Shown: piece after piece, positions 38,385-48,500 of the stretch
Layout: each line of letters opens with the position of its first letter
How positions within the stretch are numbered: the first letter of the stretch is position 1
Assembly: GCA_050952625.1 (NCBI GenBank)
Contig: JBMNLH010000001.1
Location: 1,440,001 to 1,504,000, forward strand
Origin: Bacillota bacterium
GTDB lineage: Bacteria; Bacillota; Ch66; Ch109
Direction: 5' to 3'
DNA: 64,000 nt
Translations under genes and position numbers: made by a program
The notes under the pieces: model-generated
Database searches by the model: none
What the model was told of the DNA's origin: nothing
Seen by the model: the letters and a program-made list of their open reading frames with translations, nothing else

Positions 38385-40136
38385 TTACAGCACCCTAGTC
38401 ACGCCGCGATAAATCAGTCCGCGCACACTATCCACGGTTACCATTTCACCGTCGGTCAGTTTCCGAACCGCATCAGCAGCCCCGACGATCGTGGGAATAC
38501 CTAGAGTCAGTCCAACGATGGCGGCGTGGGAAGTCAGCCCACCTTCTTCTGTGACAATAGCGGCGGCTTTTTCCATGGCCGGGACAAACTCACGGTCTGT
38601 TGACCGCGTTATTAAAATATCCCCCGGTCGCATTCGGGTGCGGGCCTCATTCGGGGTTAAAGCCAGACAAACCCGACCAACCACGCCCCGATTCCCGACG
38701 CCAGTGCCGCTGACCAGGACGTCCGCGACTAGATGCACCTTAATCAGATTGGTCGTTCCGGGTACCCCAGCCGGTACACCAGCGGTGATGACAACGAGGT
38801 CCCCGCGGCGAATCATGCCGGCCTTAAGACTGGCATTAATTGATTCTTCAATCATCTGGTCAGTTCCTTCGATATCCTGAACAGATACCGGATAGACGCC
38901 CCAAACTAAACAAAGCTTAGCGGCTACCCGTTCACTAGGTGTGGTGGCGATGATCGGGGCTTCGGGCCGATACTTGGCCACCATGCTGGCGGTTGAGCCA
39001 GTTTTGGTCGCTGTAATAATGGCTGCTGATCCTAGATCCGCTGAAATAGAACAGGTCGCATGACCAATCGCATCTGTGACTGATGGTTTATAAGCAATCC
39101 GTTTAGCTGCTAACAAGTCATGATAATTGACGGCTTTTTCGGTCCGGCGGGCAATGCGGGCCATGGTTTTGACTGCTTCGACCGGATATTTCCCAGCCGC
39201 GGTTTCGCCGGATAGCATAATAGCATCGGTCCCATCAAAGATTGCATTCGCCACATCGCTGGCTTCGGCTCGGGTGGGTCGGGGGTTGCGGACCATTGAC
39301 TCCAGCATCTGGGTGGCGGTGATCACCGGTTTGCCCAACAGATTGCACTTATCAATGATTACCTTTTGCACCAGGGGCACTTCTTCGGTCGGGATTTCGA
39401 CTCCTAGATCACCCCGGGCAACCATGACTCCATCCGCGACCCGGGTAATCTCGTCGAGGTTATCTACTCCTTCCTGATTTTCGATCTTGGCGATGATGTG
39501 GATATCCGCGTTCCGCTCTTCCAGGATCCGGCGAATGTCTAAGACATCAGAGGCTTTGCGCACAAACGAGGCCGCAATAAAATCAACCCCATGGTCAATG
39601 CCAAAGTTGATATCCGCCACGTCCTTCTCGGTCATGGCCGGCAGTCGGATTGAGACCCCGGGCACATTGACATTCTTGCGGCTGCCAATCTCCCCGCCAT
39701 GCGCTATCTCGCACAGGATTTCAGTCCCCTGAATCCGTAAGACTTTTAACCCAATCAGCCCGTCAGCGATCAGGATCATGTTGCCGGGCTTGACATCCTG
39801 GGGCAAGCCGCGGTAACTGATGCTCAGTCTGGTTTCGTCTCCCAGGATATCTTCTGTGGTTAGGGTGATTTGTTCCCCTTCAATAAGATTAATCGTGTCT
39901 TTAGCTAAGTTCCCCGTTCTGATTTCTGGCCCCTTGGTATCCAACATGATGGCCACTCTTCGCCGGGTGTTGGCCATGGCCTGCCTGATTGCCTCAATCC
40001 GGAGTAAATGTTCCTCATGGGTACCATGAGAAAAATTCAGTCGCGCAATGTCCATCCCTTCATTAATTAGCTGTTCCAGGATCTCAACCGATTGACTGGC
40101 TGGGCCGATCGTACAAACAATCTTCGTCCGCCGCAT
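38385..40136 (-). CDS. pyk: Pyruvate kinase with C-terminal PEP-utilising domain
   Basis: TKIVCTIGP, RLNFSHG, MVARGDLG, ATQMLESM, MLSGETA, GGLTSHAA. Confidence 0.98.
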   Translation of the reverse strand: MRRTKIVCTIGPASQSVEILEQLINEGMDIARLNFSHGTHEEHLLRIEAIRQAMANTRRRVAIMLDTKGPEIRTGNLAKDTINLIEGEQITLTTEDILGDETRLSISYRGLPQDVKPGNMILIADGLIGLKVLRIQGTEILCEIAHGGEIGSRKNVNVPGVSIRLPAMTEKDVADINFGIDHGVDFIAASFVRKASDVLDIRRILEERNADIHIIAKIENQEGVDNLDEITRVADGVMVARGDLGVEIPTEEVPLVQKVIIDKCNLLGKPVITATQMLESMVRNPRPTRAEASDVANAIFDGTDAIMLSGETAAGKYPVEAVKTMARIARRTEKAVNYHDLLAAKRIAYKPSVTDAIGHATCSISADLGSAAIITATKTGSTASMVAKYRPEAPIIATTPSERVAAKLCLVWGVYPVSVQDIEGTDQMIEESINASLKAGMIRRGDLVVITAGVPAGVPGTTNLIKVHLVADVLVSGTGVGNRGVVGRVCLALTPNEARTRMRPGDILITRSTDREFVPAMEKAAAIVTEEGGLTSHAAIVGLTLGIPTIVGAADAVRKLTDGEMVTVDSVRGLIYRGVTRVL

Positions 40137-40322
40137 TAAACTCCCCCTTATTTTTCAAGAGTTGAGGCTTTACCGACAACTTTTTTCTGCCAGGGAATCA
40201 GGTTTACTCTTGCTTAAAGCCAGAATCAGGTAGACTCCATGCTCTAGACAGCACTATCAGAACATGAACATCTGCTGACCGAGTTAAAACACGAACGTAG
40301 AGTAATATCCTTTAGTACATTG

Positions 40323-41282
40323 CTAGATCGCCAGGATACTGGCTAATTCCATGATGTCCCGGTTAGGTTGCTTGCGGCTATGTAAAATACTGTCCAGGTC
40401 CCAGGTTTCGATCTGCCCGGCTTTCATCCCGACCATCTTTCGGGTGTCACCCTGCCGCAACAAATCAACCGCATGGGCCGCCATCCGACTGGCCAGGAGC
40501 CGGTCCATCGCTGTGGGGGGGCCACCCCGTTGAATATGACCCAGAATAGTTACCCGGGTATCCATCTCAGTCATCTCCCTGATCTGGTTGCCCAATTCAA
40601 AGACATTGACCGCGCCCTCTGCAACCACTAGGATACTATGCAGTTTCCCGCGGGCCTGGCCTCGCCGGAGTTTGGCCGCAATCTCCTCGAGATCATAGGG
40701 CACTTCTGGGATGAGGATTGATTCTGCACCGCCGGCCAGCCCGGCATCCAGGGCAATGTACCCGGAGCGATGGCCCATGACCTCAATGATAAAAATTCTT
40801 TCATGCGAGGTCGCGGTATCCCGAATTTTATTAATTGCATCAATAACCGTGTTCACCGCCGTATCGAAGCCAATCGAATAGTCAGTACACGGGATATCAT
40901 TGTCAATACTCGCCGGTACACCGACGACCTTAATCCCCAATTCAGCCAATTTCAGAGCCCCCCGAAAAGAGCCGTCTCCCCCTAAAATAACTACGCCATC
41001 TATTCCGGCAGTCTGGAGGTTTTCGACTGCTATTGGCGGACCCTCCGGCGTCATGAACTCCGCGGAGCGGGCGGTCCTAAGAATCGTCCCTCCCCGATGG
41101 ATAATATCTGCCACTGAACCGAGTCCTAAGGGAATAATCTCATTCGCAATTAACCCGGAAAAACCCCGACGGATCCCCATTGGTTCCACTCCATGGTAAA
41201 TTGACTTGCGAACAACCGCCCGAATGGCCGCATTCATTCCTGGAGCATCGCCGCCGCTAGTCAATACGCCAATTCTGCGCAA
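40323..41282 (-). CDS. pfkA: 6-phosphofructokinase
   Basis: TSGGDAPGMNA, GGDGS, IDND, EVMG, LGHIQRGG. Confidence 0.97.
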   Translation of the reverse strand: MRRIGVLTSGGDAPGMNAAIRAVVRKSIYHGVEPMGIRRGFSGLIANEIIPLGLGSVADIIHRGGTILRTARSAEFMTPEGPPIAVENLQTAGIDGVVILGGDGSFRGALKLAELGIKVVGVPASIDNDIPCTDYSIGFDTAVNTVIDAINKIRDTATSHERIFIIEVMGHRSGYIALDAGLAGGAESILIPEVPYDLEEIAAKLRRGQARGKLHSILVVAEGAVNVFELGNQIREMTEMDTRVTILGHIQRGGPPTAMDRLLASRMAAHAVDLLRQGDTRKMVGMKAGQIETWDLDSILHSRKQPNRDIMELASILAI

Positions 41283-41371
41283 AAAACTCACTCCCACAAT
41301 GAAAAATACCCATTAGGCCTAGTTTACCCGTTCACAAATGTGCAATTCTTTTCAACGATAATCTCGATAAA

Positions 41372-41572
41372 TTATGCTCCTAAGGCTGATGCTAATACTT
41401 CATGCGCTTCTTCGACCTCAGATTCGGGAACCAGGATTTCCACGGAATTCGCATCTCCTGACTGGGGTAAACCTACTGGTCTTAGCTGAACTAATAATCC
41501 TTCAGTGGTCAGTATTTCTTTTAAGCTTTCAGCACTAGATCGATTCGGTGCAATATATACCACGGTCCACAT
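41372..41572 (-). CDS. Small conserved protein (DUF2007-like putative signal-transducing protein)
   Basis: MWTVVYIAPN...L..EG...EILVPESEVEEA; usual position between mtrB and pfkA. Confidence 0.8.
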   Translation of the reverse strand: MWTVVYIAPNRSSAESLKEILTTEGLLVQLRPVGLPQSGDANSVEILVPESEVEEAHEVLASALGA

Positions 41573-41619
41573 CTTTGCCTGGCCTCCCACTTCCACCTAT
41601 TTTTATCTGTTTGGTTATC

Positions 41620-41853
41620 CTAGTCCTCAAAGGTGTCTACGACGCCATGTTCTGTATAGAGTCGGGCTTTTCCTCTAATCTTAATCGCCGAGGTATGTTC
41701 CGTAAACTGAGCGAGCATCACCTCGCCCCGGTCCAGTTTCTCCGTGTGGTGAAAACGGGTATCTTTACCCCGGGTCAAGCCGATGATAGTTACTCCATTT
41801 TCCAATGCCTTAACGACAATGTACTGCTGTTGGTTCATCATATCTGCGGGCAT
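41620..41853 (-). CDS. mtrB: trp RNA-binding attenuation protein TRAP
   Basis: [38 protein letters not shown]. Confidence 0.97.
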   Translation of the reverse strand: MPADMMNQQQYIVVKALENGVTIIGLTRGKDTRFHHTEKLDRGEVMLAQFTEHTSAIKIRGKARLYTEHGVVDTFED

Positions 41854-41928
41854 CTAACTCCCTCCTCTTGTCAACGATGATACCACCTTTTGTTAATCAG
41901 CGCAAATAAAAGGAAATCGCATTTTTTG

Positions 41929-44900
41929 TTAATTTGACTTAACCGAAAAAGATTCTCTCCCACATAAACGCTCTACCTGAAGCTGCAGTTCCGGGACGAC
42001 CCGGACGGATAACTCCTGGTGAGTTAAAATCAACTTGCGGTCCGGGGCAAAAAACAGGTACACCCGGTTTGGCCCCGGATACTGTTCCAAAATGCTGGAA
42101 ACTTTATCAATCCAGCTTCGATCATTAATCCTCCCGGGAACCCGAATATAGACTTTCAATTCCGGGTGCTCCCTATCCGGTAGAATAGCCAATTTGTCGG
42201 CCATAATTCGCCATGTGTCTTCTTGAATATTCAACCGGCCATTGACCTGCAGCACGGCCTGAGGATTGATCACCGCCATGTACCGGCGGTAGGTCTGCGG
42301 AAAGACCACCACTTCAATACTGCCGGTGGTATCCTCCAGCGTCAAGTAAGCCATGGTTTCCTTTTTGCGGGTCTGCGTCCGTTTGATATTGGTGATAATC
42401 CCGCCGGCCTGTACCCGCTGCCCATCAGCTAATTGGTGCAATTCCATGATCGTCGGGATACTGGCCCGACGCAACTGCTCCGCATATTCCTGCAGCGGGT
42501 GGCCGCTGATATATAAACCCAAGGCTTCTTTTTCCATCTCCAGGATCTGGCGAAAAGGAAACTCGGGCAGGTCCGGTACCGGCTGGTCAGTCGGATCTAC
42601 TATGGCCGCAGCCGGTTCCAGATCAAACAGAGAGAGCTGCCCGCTGTTTTGCTGCCGGTGAACCCGCTGAGCTACTTCTAGGCAGTGCTCCAGACTGTGC
42701 AGGAGTTGAGCCCGTGGCAAGTTTAGGCTGGAAAAGGCCCCGCCGCGGATCAGGTTTTCAATGACCCGCCGATTTACCTGCCTTGAGTCAACCCGGGTAC
42801 AAAAATCAAGTAAGGAGGTAAACGGCCCCCCTTGCTTACGGGCTTGAATGATCGAAGCCAGTGCTCCCTCGCCGACTTGTTTAATGGCTGCCAAGCCAAA
42901 ACGAATGCCTTGACCAACGACGGTAAAGGTGTCTCGGCTTTCATTTACATCCGGCGGGAGCACTTTCAGCCCCATCCGCCGGCACTCCTCCAGATAAAAA
43001 GCCACCTTATCCAGATTGGTACTAATACTCGTCAATAAAGCGGCCATAAACTCGGCTGGGTAATGGGCCTTGAGGTAAGCGGTCTGATAGGCAATCAGGG
43101 CATAGGCGGTACTGTGCGACCGGTTAAAGCCGTAACCAGCAAAATACTCCATCAGTTCAAAAACCCGCTGGGCCGTCTCCTTGGGGATCCGGCGGTTAAT
43201 TGCGCCCTGAACAAAACTATCTCGATAAGCCGCCAGGATTTCGGGTTTTTTCTTACTCATGGCTCGCCTGAGTTCATCTGCTTCGCCCAGAGAGAAGCCG
43301 GCCATTTCGCTGGCAATCCGCATGACCTGTTCCTGATAGACAATAACGCCATAGGTATCCTTCAGGATCGGCTCTAAAGTCGGATGCCAATAGTCAACCA
43401 CCGTTTCACCCTGCTTCCGCTTCACAAACTCTTCCACCATGCCGCTGCCTAAGGGGCCAGGCCGATACAGGGCATTCAAAGCAATCAAGTCTTCCAGACA
43501 ACTGGGTTTCATCTCTCGCAGCAAACTCCTTAAGCCAGAGCTTTCCAATTGAAAAACGCCAATCGTTTCTCCCCGGCTCAACAGGTCATAAGTCGCTGCA
43601 TCATCCAACGGAAGCTTTTCCAGATCAAGGTTTTGGGCTTCCGGTCGAGTCCGCTGGATGATCTGGACCGCGTCATTCATGACCGTCAGGGTCCGCAACC
43701 CCAGTAAATCCATCTTGAGCAGTCCGATTTCCTCCACCGTTTCCTTGGTAAACTGAGTGGTGACCGCCTCTCCGGTCCGCTGCAAGGGCAGGAAGTTCAT
43801 CAATTTATCTTTCCCTATGACCAGGCCGGCCGCATGGGTTGAAGCGTGCCGCGGGACTCCCTCCAGACCCTGGGACACGGTCAGCAGTCGCTGAATCCGT
43901 TCGTCCTTGGCAGCGGCTTGCTGTAACTCTGGAGAGGTTTCCAGGGCTTTGGCCAAGGTAATCCCCAGTTCTTCGGGCACCATTTTGGCTACCCGGTCGA
44001 CTTCGCCCAGAGGCAGTCCCAGGACCCGACCGACATCACGAATAGCGGACCGGGCCTGCATGGTCCCAAAAGTGATGATCTGGGCGACCTGTTCCTCCCC
44101 GTATTTTTGGACGACATAATTAATGACCTCGTCGCGGCGCCGGTAACAAAAATCAATATCAATATCCGGCATGGTCACGCGTTGCGGGTTGAGAAAACGT
44201 TCAAACAACAGATCATACTGCAGGGGGTCGAGATTGGTGATACCCAGCACATAAGCGACCAGGCTGCCGGCGGCCGAACCTCGGCCTGGCCCAACCGGGA
44301 TTCTCTGGGATCGCGCCCAATTAATTAGGTCCTGCACAATCAAGAAATACCCGGCAAAGCCCATTCGTTGAATAACCTGCAGTTCAAAGTCCAGTCTTTC
44401 TTTGATCGCCGGCGTGACTGCCGCGTACCGTCGCTGCATTCCCTGATAACACAGCTTAGTCAAATAGCTTTCCGGGGTCTCCCCAGCCGGCACTGGAAAC
44501 TCGGGCAGGTGGAGGGTGTCAAAATTCAGGTTCACCTGACACCGCTCCGCAATCTCCAGAGTGTTTTGCAAAACTTCTGGTCGTTCGCCAAAGAGCAGAA
44601 ACATCTCGTCCGCGGTTTTGAGGTAAAATTCATGAGTCGGAAAGCGTAGTGACCGGTCCTTATCCTGGACTGTTTTGCCGGTTTGGATGCACAATAGGAC
44701 ATCCTGAATGCCGGCATCTTCTTGCTGGATGTAATGCAGATCATTGGTAGCTACTAAAGGAAGATTAAGCTCTTTGGCCAAACGAAACAGCCGCGGATTG
44801 ACGGTCTTTTGCTCCGGCAGGTGATGGTCCTGCACCTCCAGATAAAAGTTACGGCCAAAGATGTCCTGTAGTTCACCGGCTTTGCGCCGGGCTTCCTCGA

Positions 44901-45357
44901 TTTCTCCCCGGCTGAGTAAGGCAGGAATCTGGCCGGCTAAACAACCGCTGAGCGCAATCAGCCCCTCCCGGTGATGCTGCAGCAGTTCCAAGTCTACCCG
45001 GGGTTTGTAATAAAAACCCTGGAGGTGGGCTTGGCTTACCAAAGCCAATAAATTCTGATAGCCGGTTTGATTCTCTGCCAGCAAAACCAGGTGAAACTGA
45101 TGGTCATCGACCTGAGGGGTTCGGTCAAATCTGGTCCGGGGAGCAACATAGACCTCACAACCCAGAATGGGTTTAATCCCATACTTTTGGCAGGCCTTAT
45201 AAAAATCAACCGCGCCATACATGACGCCATGGTCCGTAATGGCCAAGGCGGGCATGCCCAGATTCCGGGCTGCTTTAACTAGGGGTACAATCCGAGCCGC
45301 CCCATCCAGCAAACTATATTCAGTATGACAATGAAGATGCACAAATTCGCCTGACAG
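41929..45357 (-). CDS. dnaE: DNA polymerase III alpha subunit
   Basis: FVHLHCHTEYSLLDG, GRGSAAGS, PDIDIDF, YGFNRSH; start extended to CTG 45357 behind SD AGGTGA. Confidence 0.97.
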   Translation of the reverse strand: MSGEFVHLHCHTEYSLLDGAARIVPLVKAARNLGMPALAITDHGVMYGAVDFYKACQKYGIKPILGCEVYVAPRTRFDRTPQVDDHQFHLVLLAENQTGYQNLLALVSQAHLQGFYYKPRVDLELLQHHREGLIALSGCLAGQIPALLSRGEIEEARRKAGELQDIFGRNFYLEVQDHHLPEQKTVNPRLFRLAKELNLPLVATNDLHYIQQEDAGIQDVLLCIQTGKTVQDKDRSLRFPTHEFYLKTADEMFLLFGERPEVLQNTLEIAERCQVNLNFDTLHLPEFPVPAGETPESYLTKLCYQGMQRRYAAVTPAIKERLDFELQVIQRMGFAGYFLIVQDLINWARSQRIPVGPGRGSAAGSLVAYVLGITNLDPLQYDLLFERFLNPQRVTMPDIDIDFCYRRRDEVINYVVQKYGEEQVAQIITFGTMQARSAIRDVGRVLGLPLGEVDRVAKMVPEELGITLAKALETSPELQQAAAKDERIQRLLTVSQGLEGVPRHASTHAAGLVIGKDKLMNFLPLQRTGEAVTTQFTKETVEEIGLLKMDLLGLRTLTVMNDAVQIIQRTRPEAQNLDLEKLPLDDAATYDLLSRGETIGVFQLESSGLRSLLREMKPSCLEDLIALNALYRPGPLGSGMVEEFVKRKQGETVVDYWHPTLEPILKDTYGVIVYQEQVMRIASEMAGFSLGEADELRRAMSKKKPEILAAYRDSFVQGAINRRIPKETAQRVFELMEYFAGYGFNRSHSTAYALIAYQTAYLKAHYPAEFMAALLTSISTNLDKVAFYLEECRRMGLKVLPPDVNESRDTFTVVGQGIRFGLAAIKQVGEGALASIIQARKQGGPFTSLLDFCTRVDSRQVNRRVIENLIRGGAFSSLNLPRAQLLHSLEHCLEVAQRVHRQQNSGQLSLFDLEPAAAIVDPTDQPVPDLPEFPFRQILEMEKEALGLYISGHPLQEYAEQLRRASIPTIMELHQLADGQRVQAGGIITNIKRTQTRKKETMAYLTLEDTTGSIEVVVFPQTYRRYMAVINPQAVLQVNGRLNIQEDTWRIMADKLAILPDREHPELKVYIRVPGRINDRSWIDKVSSILEQYPGPNRVYLFFAPDRKLILTHQELSVRVVPELQLQVERLCGRESFSVKSN

Positions 45358-45461
45358 AAGCGGTCACCTGCCTTAACTTATTTGGGACACGGGGACAAGT
45401 TAACTGTCCCGGAAATTGTCATTTTATGATGGTGCTGCCTAGCAGCAGAAGGTCGGCTGTT

Positions 45462-45977
45462 TTAATCTAGATACTGCTTAAGCTGCTCGCGCACTTCCTC
45501 GCTCAGAGACCCTTCGGACCAATCCCCCATTACTTCCATTGGCAGTTCCGGATGACTATAAGTGAAGCAGGTCTCTTTCAGATCGTCTTGCACCATTTTA
45601 ATCCGTTCTTCTTGGGTGCTAGGCCAGTAGCGCAGTCGGTAACGGGCCTGAATAATTCCCCGTATCGCTTCGATGACTAGATCTGCCACATGAGTACACC
45701 CTTCTTTCTGGCCAATTTTCTTTTCCACTTCTCGCCTGATGCCCGGGCCGACCTTAATCCCTTCGATCAAAGAGATTGCCTGGCCTGCAGTCTCACACAG
45801 ATTCCAGGGATACTTGATCATTTCGGCTTGCGCGGACACGATCTCTGCCGTCGTGGCTCGACAGACCAGGATTACCTGAACTTCGTGAACCCCGTCATCG
45901 AGGCCAGCTTTTGCGGTCAGTTCGTCTCGGCCGGTCAAGGCTACTGACACAAACTTCCGCCTGGAGTATAGTTCCAT
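45462..45977 (-). CDS. DUF2889-like protein
   Basis: D.VHE, YPW..C, GCTHV.DL, L..TC pattern. Confidence 0.65.
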   Translation of the reverse strand: MELYSRRKFVSVALTGRDELTAKAGLDDGVHEVQVILVCRATTAEIVSAQAEMIKYPWNLCETAGQAISLIEGIKVGPGIRREVEKKIGQKEGCTHVADLVIEAIRGIIQARYRLRYWPSTQEERIKMVQDDLKETCFTYSHPELPMEVMGDWSEGSLSEEVREQLKQYLD

Positions 45978-46296
45978 CCTTAAGCACCGTTCCCTTCTTG
46001 GCTAGGTAAATCCCTGCTTTTGCTGTCATTGCAATGAATATGGTCTAATTCGTCTATCGTTAGTGCGGATAAATGCGTGATTAGTTCTGAGCAGAGCGAA
46101 GAAGCTTAACTCAATTGCTTACCTCCTTCGTCCTGAGGGTTAGTAATTAAATAACACGTATATTGTTGTTTGTGTTATTATCGTTGGTGGTTGTGCCTAA
46201 CAGGCATGGGCGGTTAATAGGAAAAAAATTCCTTGCCTCATTCGGAATGACAGAAATAATCAATCAGACATTATTAAGCTGACTTTATGCTAACTC

Positions 46297-46782
46297 TTAA
46301 CTAACCGCTTGGTCGATTGTCTGGTCGGCTAGCGAAACAACCTCGCCTCCGGTTATTTTCCTGAGTTGCTCTAAGGTTATCGGCAGGGCAGAATTAGCGG
46401 TTCCGGCGGCGGCGTAGACCACTGAATACTGAGCCAGACTGTCATCCAATAAGATGCGCACTGGTGTTTTAAGGTCAAAGGGACAGACTCCGCCGATTGG
46501 GTAGCCGGTTACTTGCAGCACTTCGTCGGGATTAGCCATCCTGACTTTACTCCCGATTACCTGGCGGATTTTCTTCTGATCAATCCGCACATCACCCGCC
46601 GCCACCACCAGCACATACCCTGTCTTCCCTTTAAACACCAGGGTCTTGGCAATCTGCCCCACCTCTACTCCCAGGGCAGCCGCGGCTAATTCACAGGTAG
46701 CCGTATTTTCATCCAGCCGAATAGCCTTAAGGCCCAGGTGGTGTTGATCTAGATAGGCTTGAACTTTATTCAATAATGGCAT
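46297..46782 (-). CDS. YbaK/EbsC family aminoacyl-tRNA deacylase
   Basis: AAAALGVEVGQIAKTLVF, TGYPIGGVCPF, AAAGT. Confidence 0.92.
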   Translation of the reverse strand: MPLLNKVQAYLDQHHLGLKAIRLDENTATCELAAAALGVEVGQIAKTLVFKGKTGYVLVVAAGDVRIDQKKIRQVIGSKVRMANPDEVLQVTGYPIGGVCPFDLKTPVRILLDDSLAQYSVVYAAAGTANSALPITLEQLRKITGGEVVSLADQTIDQAVS

Positions 46783-47133
46783 CGGTTTAACCTCCATATT
46801 CCGTATGTTGCAAATAAATTATTTGATTCATAATTAGAAGGTGAGGTGTTTAGTGATGAAGAGTGTGACCAGTCATTTGAGCAGATCGAGAATCCTCGAT
46901 GGATAGCTTATAATAACTAGGATAGACCGCCGGCACAGCCCCAAACTTGGGGTAATCCTCCGATACCTGAAACAGAATTCGGTTTAATAAGTGCAGCGTA
47001 GGATGGAAAGATTCCTCACCTCGTTTAGAATGACAAAATTCTAAGGACTACTCCTAAAAACCTGAAGGGACTACTCACCTGTGAAGCAACTCGTCGGTTA
47101 GCCATGCGACAGCCTCCTGAAAACTTGAAGGGA

Positions 47134-47436
47134 CTACTTACTGAAAGCTTGTCCCCCGGCGCGAAGGCAGTCCATCGTGGAGATCAGGTAAACAATCCGC
47201 AAGGTTTCTTGAATTTCTTCATCACTAGCTCCCTGCTCCCGGACTTGCTGGGCTAGAGCCTTAACCCCGGGTCCGGACCCTTTAAAAGCATCTAAAGCCA
47301 GGGCAATTAACAATTTGGTTTTACTATCTAAAGCCCCGGGTTTCATAACTAATTCAGCTGTTTCTTTGACTGTATGATAAAGGACCGGATCAATTCCAGC
47401 CAATTCTTGGACAAACCAGGGTAATTGAAAATTCAT
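47134..47436 (-). CDS. Carboxymuconolactone decarboxylase (CMD/AhpD-like) family protein
   Basis: PGALDSKTKLLIALALDA..G..A..GAS.EEI.E.L; start after GAGGAG. Confidence 0.85.
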   Translation of the reverse strand: MNFQLPWFVQELAGIDPVLYHTVKETAELVMKPGALDSKTKLLIALALDAFKGSGPGVKALAQQVREQGASDEEIQETLRIVYLISTMDCLRAGGQAFSK

Positions 47437-47662
47437 AGCATTTTCTCCTCTACGGCTTATTTTACCACTACCACTCATTCGGTACAATTCTGCAAGTTGA
47501 CTCAGCACTGGCTTATATCAAGCTAATTAATCCAATCTGTACATTGCAACCGCAAGGTGCCAATTAGAAATAACACCTATGTAACTTTCTCCACTTTATT
47601 GTTTTATCCAATATTTTCAAGTATAATGGATGTAGATTTAAAAGTTCTAGGTGGTCACCGTT

Positions 47663-47920
47663 TTGAAAATTATCTTTACCTTACATGCGGAAAAACAACT
47701 TAAAGAAAGAAGTATAGCCAAAGAAACGGTGTATAAAACTGTGCTCAACCCTGACCAGGTAATCCCACAAGACGAAGGTATATTTTTATTTCAATCAGTT
47801 TATTATGAGAATAATAAACAATATTTACTTCGAGTGGCAGTAAAACTTCAATCTGATAGATGTTTAATTATTACCGCTTATCGAACTTCTAAGATTCAAA
47901 AATATTGGGGGGAAGACTAA
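47663..47920 (+). CDS. DUF4258 domain protein (putative RelE-like toxin)
   Basis: IIFT.HA..Q..ER.I....V...V.NPD...LLRV...IITAY; AT-rich. Confidence 0.75.
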   Translation: MKIIFTLHAEKQLKERSIAKETVYKTVLNPDQVIPQDEGIFLFQSVYYENNKQYLLRVAVKLQSDRCLIITAYRTSKIQKYWGED

Positions 47921-48141
47921 TGAGATTTCGCTATGACCCTAAAGCCGATGCAATATATATCCGTTTTAATGAAGGAATAGTTGATGAAACAGACGAAGTA
48001 TTTCCGGGTATAATGCTGGACATTGATATGGAAGGAAACCCAGTGGGTCTGGAAATACTTAATGCCTCTAAAAAACTTGGTAAGCCGCCACTCACGGTTG
48101 AGGTGGAAATACCCGAAAAATTGGAACAAGAGGCACTTTAG
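47920..48141 (+). CDS. DUF2283 domain protein (putative antitoxin)
   Basis: YDPKADAIYIRF...LDID.EG..VGLEILNAS; TAATG overlap with upstream gene. Confidence 0.85.
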   Translation: MRFRYDPKADAIYIRFNEGIVDETDEVFPGIMLDIDMEGNPVGLEILNASKKLGKPPLTVEVEIPEKLEQEAL

Positions 48142-48248
48142 AACAGAATTAAAGATAACTTAGCTTAAGCCAAGCCTTTGGCACCGGCGAAAGCCTTAGT
48201 TGCACTTACTTATAATCAGAAAGTCCACTTATACTTTCTGATTATGCG

Positions 48249-48290
48249 AGAAAGGCCTCCGAAAAACACTTCGAGGCCTTTCTTTTTTTC
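48249..48290 (+). terminator. Intrinsic terminator
   Basis: AGAAAGGCCTC...GAGGCCTTTCT followed by a T-tract. Confidence 0.75.
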
Positions 48291-48500
48291 CAAACTTTCA
48301 TGTCCTTATTTTAGTACTATAAAGAAGCAGTACAATTACTTATAAAGTGTACCAAGAAGCCCTACGTTTCGATTGGAGATTATCAGTTGTGGGTTAAAAA
48401 TGCCCGCAAATTGGTTAAAATATACAAGATAGAGCTAATTTCTAGTTTTGCGCAATCAGCCCTGAAGTTTTCTACATAATCCTTATTTAAAATAATCGCT

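Noticed and set aside
48174-48185. GCCTTTGGCACC resembling the tRNA-Leu 3' end (att site)
   Set aside because: Only 11 of 12 nt match, and core genes (pyk, dnaE) lie between it and the tRNA.
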